Part shown: piece by piece, positions 24,225-42,178 of the stretch
How the letters are laid out: each line of letters starts with the position of its first letter
Position numbering within the stretch: position 1 is the stretch's first letter
From: Octopus sinensis
Taxonomy: Eukaryota
NCBI RefSeq assembly: GCF_006345805.1
Contig: NC_043001.1
Location: forward strand, 25,916,001 to 25,980,000
Direction: 5' to 3'
DNA: 64,000 nt
Translations under genes and position numbers: made by a program
The notes under the pieces: generated by a model
Databases searched by the model: none
The model's input: only the letters and a program-made list of their open reading frames with translations
Told to the model about the DNA's origin: nothing

Positions 24225-24641
24225 ATTAATTGACAGAGTTGAGCTGAAATTCATAACTTGATTAACTGGTAGTGTTGGTTCATGTCTTCCTTAACTGAGC
24301 ATTGAACAGATTTTCATGATTTAATTAACTGACAGAATTGCCTGCATTAACTGACTGTGTTGAACTGAGATTCATGACCTCATTAACAGGCAGTGTTGAG
24401 CTAAGATACATGAGTTCATCAACTATTAGAGTTGAACTGAAGTTCATGGCCTTGTTAACTGACATTATTAACCGTTAATGTTGAGCTGTGTGTCATGATT
24501 CCATTAACTGATTGTACTGAGATGAGATTCATGAATTCAATAACTAGCATTGTTAAGTAAAGACAAAAAAACTTTGTTAACTGCTAAAGTTGAGCAGAGG
24601 TTCATAATTCCCTTAACTGTAGTGTGTAACTGAAGTTCATA

Positions 24642-24676
<35 letters not shown>

Positions 24677-25665
24677 GTTTAGCGTCCATTTTCCATGCTA
24701 GCATGGGTTATTAAGTAATAATGTTAATCAGAGGTTCACAACTTTATTAACTGATTGTTTTGAGCCTAGGATCATGATGTCATTAAGGAATAATGTTCAG
24801 TTCATGTTCATGACTGTTAACTGATAGTAATGAGCTGATAGTATTGAGCTGAGGTTCATAATTCAATCAGCTAACATCAATGAGCTGATTTTCCAAACTT
24901 CATGAAATGACTGTGTTAGGCTAAGTTTCATAACATCATTAACTGATAATATTGAGCTGGGACTCATGACTTCATTATCTGATGGCAGTGAGCTGATTTT
25001 TATGACTTCATGAACTGACTGTGTTGAGCTAAGTTTCATGACATCATTAAATGATCACATTAAACTAAAGTTCATGAATTCCTTAAGTTCATCAAGTCCT
25101 TAAATGATAGCATTCAGCTGATGTTCACAAACTCATTATTTGAAAGTACTGATCTGAGGATCATGACTTCATTAACTGATAGTCTTGAAATGAGGTTCAC
25201 GACTTTGTTAACTGATATTGTGTGTAACTATAGTTAATGTATTCATTAACTAATAATGTAGTGTAGAGGTTCATAACTTTATCAACTGTTTTGAGCTGAG
25301 GTTTATGACACCATTAACTGGTAGTGTTGAACCAAGGTTCATGACTTCATTACCTAATAGCAGTGAATTGATTTTTGAAGCTTCAGTAACCGACAGCATT
25401 GAGCTGAAGTTCATGGCTCCATTACCTGATGATGTTGAGAGTGGTACATGGTTTCATTACCTGATAGCACTGAGCTACCTTTCATGACTTCATTACCTCA
25501 TATCAGTGACCCAATGACCATAACTTTGTTAACAGACTGTTTTGAACTGAGATTATGGCATCATTATCTGGCAATGTTGAGCTAACTTTCATTCGTTCAC
25601 TGATAGAGTTGAGCTGAGGTTTATGACTTCATTTACTGATAGCATTGAGCTGATATTCATGAATC
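24225..25665. repeat. Degenerate 36-bp minisatellite, about 40 units
   Basis: Approximate consensus GTTGAGCTGAGGTTCATGACTTCATTAACTGATAGT; counted units are 32-36 bp; interrupted by a family A tail at about 24647-24708. Confidence 0.88.
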
Positions 25666-25674
25666 TATGAATTC

Positions 25675-25700
25675 GTGTGTGTGTGTGTGAGAAAGAGAGT

Positions 25701-25767
<67 letters not shown>
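25675..25767. repeat. (GT)n-(GA)n microsatellite
   Basis: Directly visible. Confidence 0.95.
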
Positions 25768-25768
<1 letters not shown>

Positions 25769-26306
25769 ATTTGCAGTTTGAATGATATTTGGCCGCTATT
25801 CTTAAGAAGCTCAGTGACCATGTATTATTTCCTGCTCATTGGTTTCCTTTGGCATTTAATTCCTTCATTTCCTTTCTGATGCAATATATAGGATGAATAA
25901 TAGTAGCCACAATAGTATTCTAGCCAATTTTTAACATGTTCATACTTGATATTCTGGCTGTTCTGAATGTGAATATCTATCCATTTACTGATGTTTGTCA
26001 TCAAGGAACACTTTCCTCCTTCAGACAATGTGTATTCATAACATATGCAATCCACCAGTTTACCACGTCAAGAAGACTTGGACACACTACATAATATTTT
26101 GACTTTGTTGTATGTCTCCTCAGATAAAGCTACCCTGTTGGGGAGATGATCCTTACATATATACGAGCTGTATCTGAATGAGCTGTATCTGTATACAGCT
26201 TACTATTCATTCAAAACAGTAAAAATCTAAATAGTAATACATCTATTCATTCTTAATATGTTTTGGCAAATTCAAAACATGAATATTTGATCTCTGTTGT
26301 TTGCTT

Positions 26307-26612
26307 CATCATCATCATCATCATCGTCAAGCGTCCGCTTTCCATGCTGGCATGGGTTGGACGGTTCAGCTGGGGTCTGGGAAACCAGAAGGCTGCACCA
26401 GGCCCAGTCTGATCTGGCAGTGTTTCTACAGCTGGATGCCCTTCCTAACGCCAACCACTCCATGAGTGTAGTGGGTGCTTTTTACATGCCATTGGCACAG
26501 GTGCCAGACGAGGCTGGCAAACGGCCACGATCGGATGGTGCTTTTTGTGTGCCAATGGCACGGAGGCCAGATGAGGCTGGCAACGGCCACGATTGGATGG
26601 TGCTTTTTACAT
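26307..26612 (-). mobile_element. Family A copy
   Basis: (CAT)n cgtcaagcgtccgctttccatgctggcatgggttggacg... Confidence 0.9.
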
Positions 26613-27149
26613 GAAAATATCTTCCTCCTTTTAGATTATGTATGTTCATAACATACAAGATTCACCAGTTCAGTTGGCTAAAGGAACTTTGCGACACAAT
26701 AATATTTCAACCAAGTTGTGTTTCCTCAGTCAAAGCTCAATCTGACAAAACTAGAGCACTTATGTCCCCTTCACAGAGAAATCCTGTGGTGTGAAAGGGA
26801 GGAAGGCATTTTCCAATGACAAACAAACAACAGCAGTCAGATATTCACATTCAAATCTACCACAGTGTATTATATATAAAATTGTTTAGATTGTCGTAAA
26901 TGATGATGATAACGATGTCCTCATTCTGCATGCATCCTGTGAATTATTACTTCTTTGGCAGACATCGGCATGCATCAACAAATAATTTGTTGATTCCAAT
27001 AAAGATCACTCTTGTTTTTGTCAGATTCATTGATCCAATGGGGCAGCTTTGATAAAATGATATATGTACAGCTTAGCTGGAGTACATAACACAAGATATT
27101 TTTTATTTGAATGCACTAGTTTATCCATTTTACTTGTCCATACATATAT

Positions 27150-27567
27150 CTCTTTACTCTTTTACTCTTTTACTTGTTTCAGTCATTTGACTGTGGTCAT
27201 GCTGGAGCACCGCCTTTAGTTGAGCAAATCGACCCCTAGGCTTTATAAGCCTAGTACTTATTCAATCAGTCTCTTTTGCTGAACCGCTAAGTTACGGGGA
27301 CATAAACACACCAGCATCGGTTGTCAAGCGATGTTGGGGAGGACAAACACAGACACACAAACATATACATACACACATATATATAGATATATATAAACAT
27401 ATATACAACAGGCTTCTTTCAGTTTCCGTCTACGAAATCCACTCACAAGGCTTTGGTCAACCTGAGGCTATAGTAGAAGACACTTGCCCAAGGTGCCATG
27501 CAGTGGGACTGAACCCAGAACCATGTGGTTGGTAATCAAGCTACTTACCATACAGCCACTCCTACAC
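27150..27567 (-). mobile_element. Family B SINE, full length
   Basis: Reverse complement of the 19340 copy. Confidence 0.9.
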
Positions 27568-28048
27568 TTCTTGTTGAAAGATACACACACACACACACAC
27601 ACACATCTTTATTTTTTACTTGTTTCAGTTATTAGACTGGCCATGCTGGGGCACTGCCCTTAGAAATTTTTAGTTGAATGAATCGACCCTGGTACTTATT
27701 ATGTTTCTTAAACCTGATACTAATTCTATCCATCTCTTTTTGTAGAAACACTAAGTTATGAGGCTGTAAACACATCAGTACCAGTTGTCACGAGGTGATG
27801 GAGGACAAGCACAGACACAAAGATACACACACATATATACATGTGTGTGTGTGTGTATATATATATAAAAGTAATGGTTTTTTTTTAAAAAAAACAAAGA
27901 TATACATATAAGTAAAAAATTTGAGGGAATTAAGAAGTATAAAAATCATTATTATGAGTCATTACAGAAACTCATACCGGTTTCGCCATAGCTGTTCACT
28001 GACTTTGAATCAGTGTTGATTCAAAGTCAGTATATATGTATATACTTA

Positions 28049-28343
28049 TATCACGTGATCACGTGACCGACCAGATCATCAGATGTTGTTACACATCGCT
28101 GGTCACAATGCGTTCGCATTGTTTTAGCCTTCGAATGACGCCACCCCGCTGGCTAAGCAAGCAGGCCAAGAGAAGAAAGAGTGAGAGAAAGAGTGGTGAA
28201 AGAGTACAGCAGGGATCACCGACCCCTGCCGGAGCCTCGTGAAGCTTTTTAGGTGTTTTCGCTCAATAAACACACACGACGCCCGGTCTGGGAATCAAAA
28301 CCGCGATCCTACGACCGCGAGTCCGCTGCCCTAACCACTGGGC
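28049..28343 (-). mobile_element. Family D SINE in the left arm (head clipped by about 12 nt)
   Basis: Mirror of 28493-28799. Confidence 0.9.
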
Positions 28344-28422
28344 ATATATATATATATATATATATATTATATAATTAGGGCTTAGTAAAATAAATTACTT
28401 TGCCACATACTGAACTTTCTAG

Positions 28423-28471
<49 letters not shown>

Positions 28472-28492
28472 TACATATACATAAGTATATAT

Positions 28493-28799
28493 GGAGGCGC
28501 AATGGCCCAGTGGTTAGGGCAGCGGACTCGCGGTCGTAGGATCGCGGTTTCGATTCCCAGACCGGGCGTCGTGTGTGTTTATTGAGCGAAAACACCTAAA
28601 AAGCTTCACGAGGCTCCGGCAGGGGTCGGTGATCCCTGCTGTACTCTTTCACCACTCTTTCTCTCACTCTTTCTTCTCTTGGCCTGCTTGCTTAGCCAGC
28701 GGGGTGGCGTCATTCGAAGGCTAAAACAATGCGAACGCATTGTGACCAGCGATGTGTAACAACATCTGATGATCTGGTTGGTCACGTGATCACGTGATA
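28493..28799 (+). mobile_element. Family D tRNA-derived SINE, full length
   Basis: ggaggcgcaatggcccagtggttagggcagcggactcgcggtcgtaggatcgcggtttcgattccc (A/B-box-like); ends gtcacgtgatcacgtgata. Confidence 0.92.
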
Positions 28800-29018
28800 T
28801 AAGTATATACATATATACTGACTTTGAATCAACACTGATTCAAAGTCAGTGAACAGCTATGGCGAAACCGGTATGAGTTTCTGTAATGACTCATAATAAT
28901 GATTTTTATACTTCTTAATTCCCTCAAATTATTTACTTATATGTATATATCTTTGTTTTTTTTAAAAAAAACCATTACTTTTATATCAAGACTGCATTTT
29001 CTTAGTTTTTTGCTTTTC

Positions 29019-29057
<39 letters not shown>

Positions 29058-29489
29058 TAAATACTTTTCCAAGATGCTATCTCACATCACAGTAAATTGG
29101 TGCCCTTTCTTAGGATGCTACCCTGCGGAAAATTGGCATACAAACAACACACATACAGTATGTATATGCAACCAATAATGTTTACATTATTAGAATGCTT
29201 TTAATTCAAAATACATACCTTTTTATCAGTTGTCAAGCACACACACAAACACATACACATATGGGCTTCTTTCAGTTTCAGTCTATCAAATCCACTCACA
29301 AGGCTTTAGTTGGACTGAGGTTATGTGGTCTGATGAATAAATATCTGGACTGTTACCATAGTAACAAAGCTAAAGCATATAGAGTAAATCCACTTGGTAC
29401 AGATTGACCTTGAACTCTGCTGTACATGCACACTACGTTTTAACATTCTAGCTTGCTTCCACTGTTTACATTAGTGCTTGGAAGGAAGG

Positions 29490-30090
29490 TGTGTAGCATG
29501 TGATCATCACATTGACCAAATTTTCTCTGTCATGGTCAATGCTTGGCAATACCTGCTTAGAGGCCTGTGCAAGTTTTCGAAAGTTTTCAAAAAGTTTTCA
29601 TTGTTCTTGACAAAATCAAGGAGATCTTGTGCAACTGAAATATGAGTGTTGTTTTGGTTAGCTGACACAAACTTAGCAGACACAAACTTAGCAGACAAGT
29701 GTCTCATACCCAAATCTTCAGTGGTAATGGACTGAACTGAACTATAACTAATCTGCACATCCTATGATAACTCACAGGTAGTGATTTGAAGATTTACTCT
29801 CACAGCTGCATGCTCATCTGTGACATTTTTCTTTCTCCTGGTTGTGGGCCTCCCAGAACGTTTGTCAATATCAACATTTTTTTCTGCCATCTTGGAAACG
29901 TCTGAACCGCTTGTACACTTGTATGCAGCTCATACACTCCTCTCCATACACTTTCATCAACTTTGCATAGGCCTCTGAGCAAGTATCACCATGACAATTT
30001 TCTCTGTCATGGCCAATGTGATGCTCACACACTACACACCTTCCTTCCAAGCACTGCTGTAAACAGCAGAAGTGAGCTAGAATGTTAAAA
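29490..30090 (-). mobile_element. Mariner transposase N-terminal remnant
   Basis: CSEAYAKLMKVYGEECMSCIQVYKRFRRFQDGRK, then (frameshift) DKRSGRPTT; downstream EDLGMRHLSAKFV. Confidence 0.8.
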
Positions 30091-31084
30091 CTTAGTGCAC
30101 ATGCACAGCAGAGTTCATGGTAAATCTTTGCCAAGCAGCTTCAGTCTGCATGCTTCAGCTTCATTACTATGGCAACAGCCCAGATACTTATTGATCAGAC
30201 CTTGTATAGTAGAAGACACTTGCCCAAGGGGGCCATGCAGTGAAGCTGAACCCAGAACCATGTGGTTGGGAAATAACCTTATATATATATTTGTGTGTGT
30301 GTGTGTGAAATGGGCTTCCAGTCCTCAAATATCACTCACAGGGCATTGGTCAACTCAACTTTATTCTTGAGGATACTTGCTCAAGCTGTTGTGCAGTGGG
30401 ATCAGATTGGGAAGCATGTTGTGAACATACCTTCCTAACCATGCAAACATTCCTGCACACATAATCATCAGGTTAATCTGGTTCAACTGGCTTAGTTGCT
30501 TGTGAACCCAGAAGTGTCTGTCTCCACTTCATAAACTACTTCATCATTTAAAACCAAAAGCTAAGCTCTACTTGTATTTAGTATTTCCTGGTGTAAATTG
30601 CAATATGTGAGGTGAAAAGAATTTATCAGATTGATTTCAGGTTGTTTTTAGTGTATTCTAATCCAGATGATTTTGAAATTAAGATTTTTAAGAATAGTTA
30701 TTATTACCATAATCAACATTTAGGTTAGATGGAGCAGAAGAAATATAACATTTAGTTACATAACTAATATGACTGATCAATTCTATCAATAGTTGAAATC
30801 TTCTCTCAAACCTACAACAGTAGGTGGATAAGTTAAATTTCTTTTGTTCTTCTGGGTATTTTCACCATAGATAAGGATAGAATTGGTTGTATGTCAGCTA
30901 AATTTGTCTATGGTTAATATTTTCACAATATATGGACACATAGTTGTGTGTGTCCCTTCTCAAAATGTTCCAGATCCAACAACCTATGTATAGTGACTCC
31001 AAACTTACATGTCCAGCCTACCATCCATTGCTTCTCACTTCCAGACAATTCCCACTCATGTACTGACCAACATTCAGTAACAGT

Positions 31085-31507
31085 AAGGTGGCGAGCTGGC
31101 AGAAACGTTAGCACACCGGGCGAAATGCTTAGCGGTATTTTGTCTGCCGTTATATTCTGAGTTCAAATTTCACCCAGGTCGACTTTGTCTTTCATCCTTT
31201 CAGGGTCGATAAATTAAGTACCAGTTACGCACTGGGGTCAATGTAATCAACTTAATCTGTTTGTCTGTCCTTGTTTGTCCTCTCTATGCTTAGCCCCTTG
31301 TGGGTAGTAAAGAAATAGGTATTTTGTCTGCCACTACATTCTGAGTTCAAATTCTGCCGAGGTCGACTTTGCCTTTCATCCTTTCGGGGTCGATTAAATA
31401 AGTACCAGTTACACACTGGGGGCGATATAATCGACTTAATCCGTCTGTTTGTCTGTCCTTGTTTGTCCCCTCTGCATGTAGCCCTTTGTGGGCAGTAAAG
31501 AAATAGG
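31085..31507 (+). mobile_element. Head-to-tail dimer of family C SINE
   Basis: Full copy 31085-31321, fused at ggtattttgtctgcc to a headless second copy. Confidence 0.88.
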
Positions 31508-31960
31508 AACATTCAGTAACAGTCACATGTTTCCATAATGACATGATTCAACAACCACTAGAAATGCCATATTCCATTTAAAGTACTTCAAACAACTCCT
31601 CAAGTGCTTCTTTATTGATATGCACAGGACAAAGAAAAAGCATTAGCAGCACAGATTGAATGAAGCATGCCTGTTTGGAAAATTAATGGAAATTTGAAAC
31701 AATATTTCATCAGATTAGTGCTACTCCATCATTCTATCCTTCGTCTTGTAATCCTAATTCTTCACTAGTTCTCATAAAAACACCAAATTTGACAGCTTGC
31801 CAGTCCAGTTTAAAACTACCGTTTCTTCCACTGACCAGTATTCCTGTTTCTCCACCTCATGTTAAGACCAGAACTGGTTGATATGCACACTAACGTAAAT
31901 ACTATGTACAAGCCTTTGATTTAAAAAAAACCCCTGAAAAACTGTAGGTTTACACATATA

Positions 31961-32526
31961 TTGGGTTGTCTGGAAAGTTTGTGCCGATTTTTAAAGGAAA
32001 GAAAAAGGTCAATAAATACTTGCCATTACATTTTTAATCAACCAAATATGAACCATTTTGTTGCACAATGCATCTCCATCTTTCCTTTAACTTGAAAATA
32101 CCCTCTTCCTAGAATTGAGGTGGTTTCATGGTCAAGAATTCATCAAGGTATCTATTTACGTCATCCAAGGAAATGAAATTTTTACCATTAAGACTATTCT
32201 GCAGAGACCTGAATAAGTGGAAATCCAAAGGAGCAATATCTGGTGAATATGGAGGGTGGGGTAACACATCCCAGCCGAGCTACAGCAATTTTTGTCTGGT
32301 TCCCAAAGCATCAAGTGCTGAAAATGAACTTTCTTATCTTCCATTTTAAAGGGTTACAGAATTAACACAAGTTATAGGAACATAAACCTTCTTCCACGAA
32401 AAGATAGCTTAAACTGTGCTCTAAATGGAGGTGTAGTCAAATCCTATTTTATGGACTCAACCATGTTCTAAAATAAGTTGAAAGGTAAGCTACTATAAAT
32501 CGGCACAAACTTTCCAGACAACCCAA
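31961..32526 (-). mobile_element. Non-autonomous mariner (566 bp), TIRs and TA TSD
   Basis: TA|ttgggttgtctggaaagtttgtgccgattt...aaatcggcacaaactttccagacaacccaa|TA; retains MEDKKVHF start and the [10 protein letters not shown] region. Confidence 0.95.
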
Positions 32527-33108
32527 TATATTCTACAAGTTTTATATACTGATCGACCATGTTTGACTTTTCATCTAGAAGAGGAAGCAATGTGGTACAT
32601 CTCTCATGTTCTCTTCTTCATTTACTCTTATTCTACCCTCATCACTTACAAACTTATTCTTGCTCCTTTGCATATGAATGCTAACTCTACCTCTCTTTTA
32701 TGTAGACACACAAGCTGATACACATATGCCCACATATGTTGCATTCAGTTGCTGTTATCACATATCCTAATTATGGTAGCATTAGGAACATTGTAAATCA
32801 CATGACCTTGTCACTTGGATATAGGGGAAAACAACATTTTCAAGAGTCTGTCACATGACTATTTTCATTGGCTGGTTTCAATGTGCTCACTGTTTGATGA
32901 ACAACTTGCTGAAGCCCACTTTTCTCACTATAAAAAGCTGTTTGCTAAGCACAGAACAAGAGTTGAAAAATAAATCAACGGAATTGTACAACAGAACTCT
33001 AAAACTAACACACACATTCTCTCACCTACGTGTATATATGGTAATATTCCCATAAATCCATTTGTCTTGCCACACATAAAGTTATTCTATGCAGTCAAAC
33101 TTACTAAC

Positions 33109-33579
33109 TTGAAAGAGTCCAGAAGCTGGCTACCCGCATGGTTCTTGGTCTCAAGCATTTGTCTTATGAAGAAAGGCTAAGGACGCTCGACCTTTATTCT
33201 CTCGAAAAACGCCGCCGCCGTGGTGATCTCATTCTCGCTCACAACATCATAAGCAGAAAGTGTAACCTCTCGAAAGAGCTGTTCTTCACTCCTGCTCCAG
33301 AGTGTGGGCTGTGGGGTCACTCCGAAAAGCTCTATCTATGACGATTTCATCTCAATCGAAGGAGAGGGGCTTTCTCCGTCCGGGTTGCGGATCCATGGAA
33401 TATGTTGCCGGATGAGATAGTGATGATGCCGACGACCACTCGGTTCAAAGTCTCTCTTGACCAGAAATGGCCTGAACTCTTTGTATGACCACCCTCCCTG
33501 TACATAACTTCCTGTCCCCCTACATGGCCTTGCTCTTGCTTTTTGAGCCAATAAAAATTGAATTGAATTGAATTGAATT
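33109..33579 (+). mobile_element. CR1/Jockey-type LINE 3' end with (AATTG)n tail
   Basis: LERVQKLATRMVLGLKHLSYEERLRTLDLYSLEKRRRRGDLILAHNII. Confidence 0.9.
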
Positions 33580-33677
33580 AACAAGATCTTGGATTAACAA
33601 TATATCTCTTAACATTTCATGAACCATTGCTAAATAATCTTTTAAGCTGTTTCATTTTAAATTCCAAATACTAATTC

Positions 33678-35010
33678 TTTTGGGAAGCTAGGTTTAGAAT
33701 CAAAAGGCCTTAGAGTCAATGTAGCAAAGACCAAAGTTCTAGTAAGTAGGAAGGCGAACTCATCACACACCCCCTCAGGTAGGTGGCCCTACTTGATCTG
33801 TAGAAAAGTTGTAGGTAGAAATTCCATAAGATGTACCCAGTGTAAGCTATGGACACATAAGAGGTGCAGCAACATCAAAGGAAAATTAACTGAGAAGATA
33901 GCTTTCATGTGCGGCAGATGCACAGGGGCAATAGACACCACAGATACTCAGAAAACAGATTCCATCACACTCCAAGGGGAGAAACTAGAAGTAGTTGATA
34001 GTTTCTGCTACCTAGGTGACCAAGTTAGTAGTGGAGATGGATGCTCAGAGAGTGTTACCACTAGAATAAGAATAGCCTTGGCAAAGTTTAGAAAGCTTCA
34101 ACCCCTACTGGTGATAAAGGGCCTCTTACTCAGAGAGGAAGGTAGATTGCACGACGCATGTGTGCAAACTGCCATGCTTCACGGCAGTGAAACACGGGCT
34201 GTGACTGCAGAGGACATGTGTAGGCTCGAAAGAAATGAAGCTAGCATGATCCGATGGATACGTAATGTCAGTGTGCACGCACAACAGTGTAAGTGCCCTG
34301 AGAGAAATGTTGGACATAAGAAGCATCGGATGTGGCATGCAGGAGAGACGTTTGCATTGGTATGGTCATGTACTATGGATGGACGAGGAGAAATGTGTGA
34401 AGAAGTGTCACTCCCAAACAGTTGAAGGAATCCAGGGTAGAGGTAGACTCAGGAAGACATGGGATGAGGTGGTGAAACATGACCTACAAATGTTGGGCCT
34501 CACAGAGGCAATGACGAAAAGCTGTGACTGTGAAGACCCGACAAATGAAGTGAGTTCATAGCTCACAGGACGGCCTGCTGTGCTTACCTTGGATCGTAGG
34601 GCAACCTGCTGTGCTTGAGGAGACCTATTGAGTCAAGTACATCGACATCAAAATGAAAATCAAATGGAAATTATAGTTGTGATACCCATGCTGGTGGCAT
34701 GTAAAACCACCATCTGAACGTGGTCGATGCCAGCACTGCCTTGACTGGTGTCCATGCTGGTGGCATGTAAAAAGCACCAACTGATTGTGGCCGTTGCCAG
34801 AGTCCTCTGGCCCCTTTGCTGGTGCACATAAAAAGCACCCACTACACTCACAGAATGGTTGGCATTAGGAAGGGCATTCAGCTGTAGAAACACTGCCAGA
34901 TCAGACTGGAGCCTGATGCAGCCTCTTGGCTTTCCAGACCTCGGTCAAACCGTCCAACCCATGTTAGCATGGAAGACGGATGTTAAACGATGATGATAAT
35001 GATGATGATG
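33678..35010 (+). mobile_element. RTE-type LINE, 5'-truncated: RT C-half with PHD insert, plus the family A 3' UTR and (GAT)n tail
   Basis: GLRVNVAKTK...LEVVDSFCYLG...MLHGSET...RLERNEASMIRW...RRLHWYGHV...RGRLRKTW; the UTR is identical in type to the dispersed family A copies. Confidence 0.92.
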
Positions 35011-35389
35011 GAATTTAGACAATGAACTTTTTGATATACCATGCAAAAGATTTTTGAACTTTTAAACCAGAAATGCTCTTCCTGATTTCAAACATTTTCA
35101 TAGAAGTGGTGACAGCATAAAGTTCTTAAACTTACTATTTTAGCAGCAAGATTCATTGAGATCTGGATTTTGTTGTTATTGACAAATAGAAAATGAAAGG
35201 AAATAATACAATCAATTTTAATTGTTATATTTATGAATACAAATTCTTTTAAATTTCCTAGAGATAAATTTCTACCACACATTAATTATTCTATAAATGA
35301 ATTAGTAAAGTTATGCATTTTCTGAAATAATTCAAAGTTGGCTATTATAACAATCATTTTTGAAGTGGGTATGAATTGAAAACAAAGAA

Positions 35390-40959
<5,570 letters not shown>

Positions 40960-41356
40960 TCATCCATTTGCAATTTCCCTTAATTCAATAATACAGCTAC
41001 TGTCTCTCTCATTCTCTTCATAGACAATGTGACCTTCAACAGCATCATCTTTGTCTGGTTCATCAACAGAACTGTTTTGTACTGAATTGGTCATATTACT
41101 ATCTAGAGCAGGACTGCTGGTTCCAGTAACACCCCCTACATTATCATCGGAAAAGTAAGAAGCTTCTTGTTGGGCTAGGTGGGATAGTAAGTTGATTGGC
41201 TCCCCAAACGTGCCGATATCTGGTGTGCTGGGTTCAAGCTCAAAAAGTTCTGGAGACGATAGGTGCCCAACATCAACATAGGGGACTTCTTTAGTAGCTT
41301 TGATAATTCTCTGACAATAGAGATCCTCAAAGTTAATTGGATATTGATCATTTTCC
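40960..41356 (-). CDS. Terminal coding exon of an unidentified protein (acidic, Ser-rich C-terminus)
   Basis: Acceptor ttttttttttctcAG (41358-41357), phase 2; open to TGA at 40962-40960. (R)ENDQYPINFEDLYCQRIIKATKEVPYVDVGHLSSPELFEL...IELREIANG*. Composition is coding-like relative to the flanks. Confidence 0.85.
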
Positions 41357-41792
41357 CTGAGAAAAAAAAAATTGAAAGAATTAATTAGTGTAAGAATATT
41401 AAAAAAAAATAAAATCTGAATAATTTTGAACATAACATAAATATTGTTGAAAAAAATCATTTTTTATTTTAATTTGTGTTTTTTTATAGATTACCACCTA
41501 TTCTGGTCAAAATGATAAATTAGAAAAAAATTATGAAAATATTGACCAGGATGAAGATATTAACTATTGACCAGGATGAAGGCTAACAACCACTGATTTA
41601 AATAATATCTGAAACTGTTAGTGTATTTCATTTTACTTTTGAACACTGCTGTCATAATTACAACTTAATTGAGATTATAATTATAACATAATTAGAATCT
41701 CAATATTTTTTTTACATACTTTATCTGTCTATATATATTTGTCTAGAATAAAAGTCAAGTTATCTACTGATTCTTCAGAAAAAAGTAATTAA

Positions 41793-42024
41793 CCCTTTTG
41801 AAACTATATTGATACTGTTCAAATACACTGCTTTTGTTTCAATCATTAAGTTTTAAAGTAACGGAAAATTTAATGAAATAACTTTATCATTATTAAGCTG
41901 GTGTTTGGAACATAAATTAACAAAATATTTTGATGAAAGGTTTTAATTTAGATCACTTTAAGACAGAAACTTTGTATTATAAAATCAGATGTGGTCTCAG
42001 TGAGGTTGGTATCAAAATGGTCAC
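41793..42024 (+). mobile_element. piggyBac-like MITE, degenerate right end
   Basis: TTAA|CCCTTT start; related pieces at 50060-50610 and 51247-52115. Confidence 0.6.
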
Positions 42025-42178
42025 GAATAAACTTCAAGAATATTTTTTCTGCTTCTTTCTTTTCAGTTAGAACACTGATCACACCAGCAGATACCAACCT
42101 ATTTATTTAGTATTCAGTGTCTACTTTGAGTTATCTATTTAGTGCATTCTTTTTGGTATTGCTAATACACTTATTTCA

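Larger units (their letters stand above)
27863..28986. repeat. Large inverted duplication: ~481-bp arms, 161-bp spacer
   Basis: 27863-28343 is the reverse complement of 28505-28986, with about 3 substitutions and small homopolymer/TA indels. Confidence 0.97.

Noticed and set aside
24225-25665. CRISPR-like 36-bp periodicity
   Set aside because: Units are contiguous and degenerate with no unique spacers, there are no cas genes, and the context is eukaryotic.
25960-26870. Faint direct and inverted similarities (tgaatgtgaatatct; tcataacata...caccagtt)
   Set aside because: Matches are short and patchy, and I could not define a unit or boundaries by eye.
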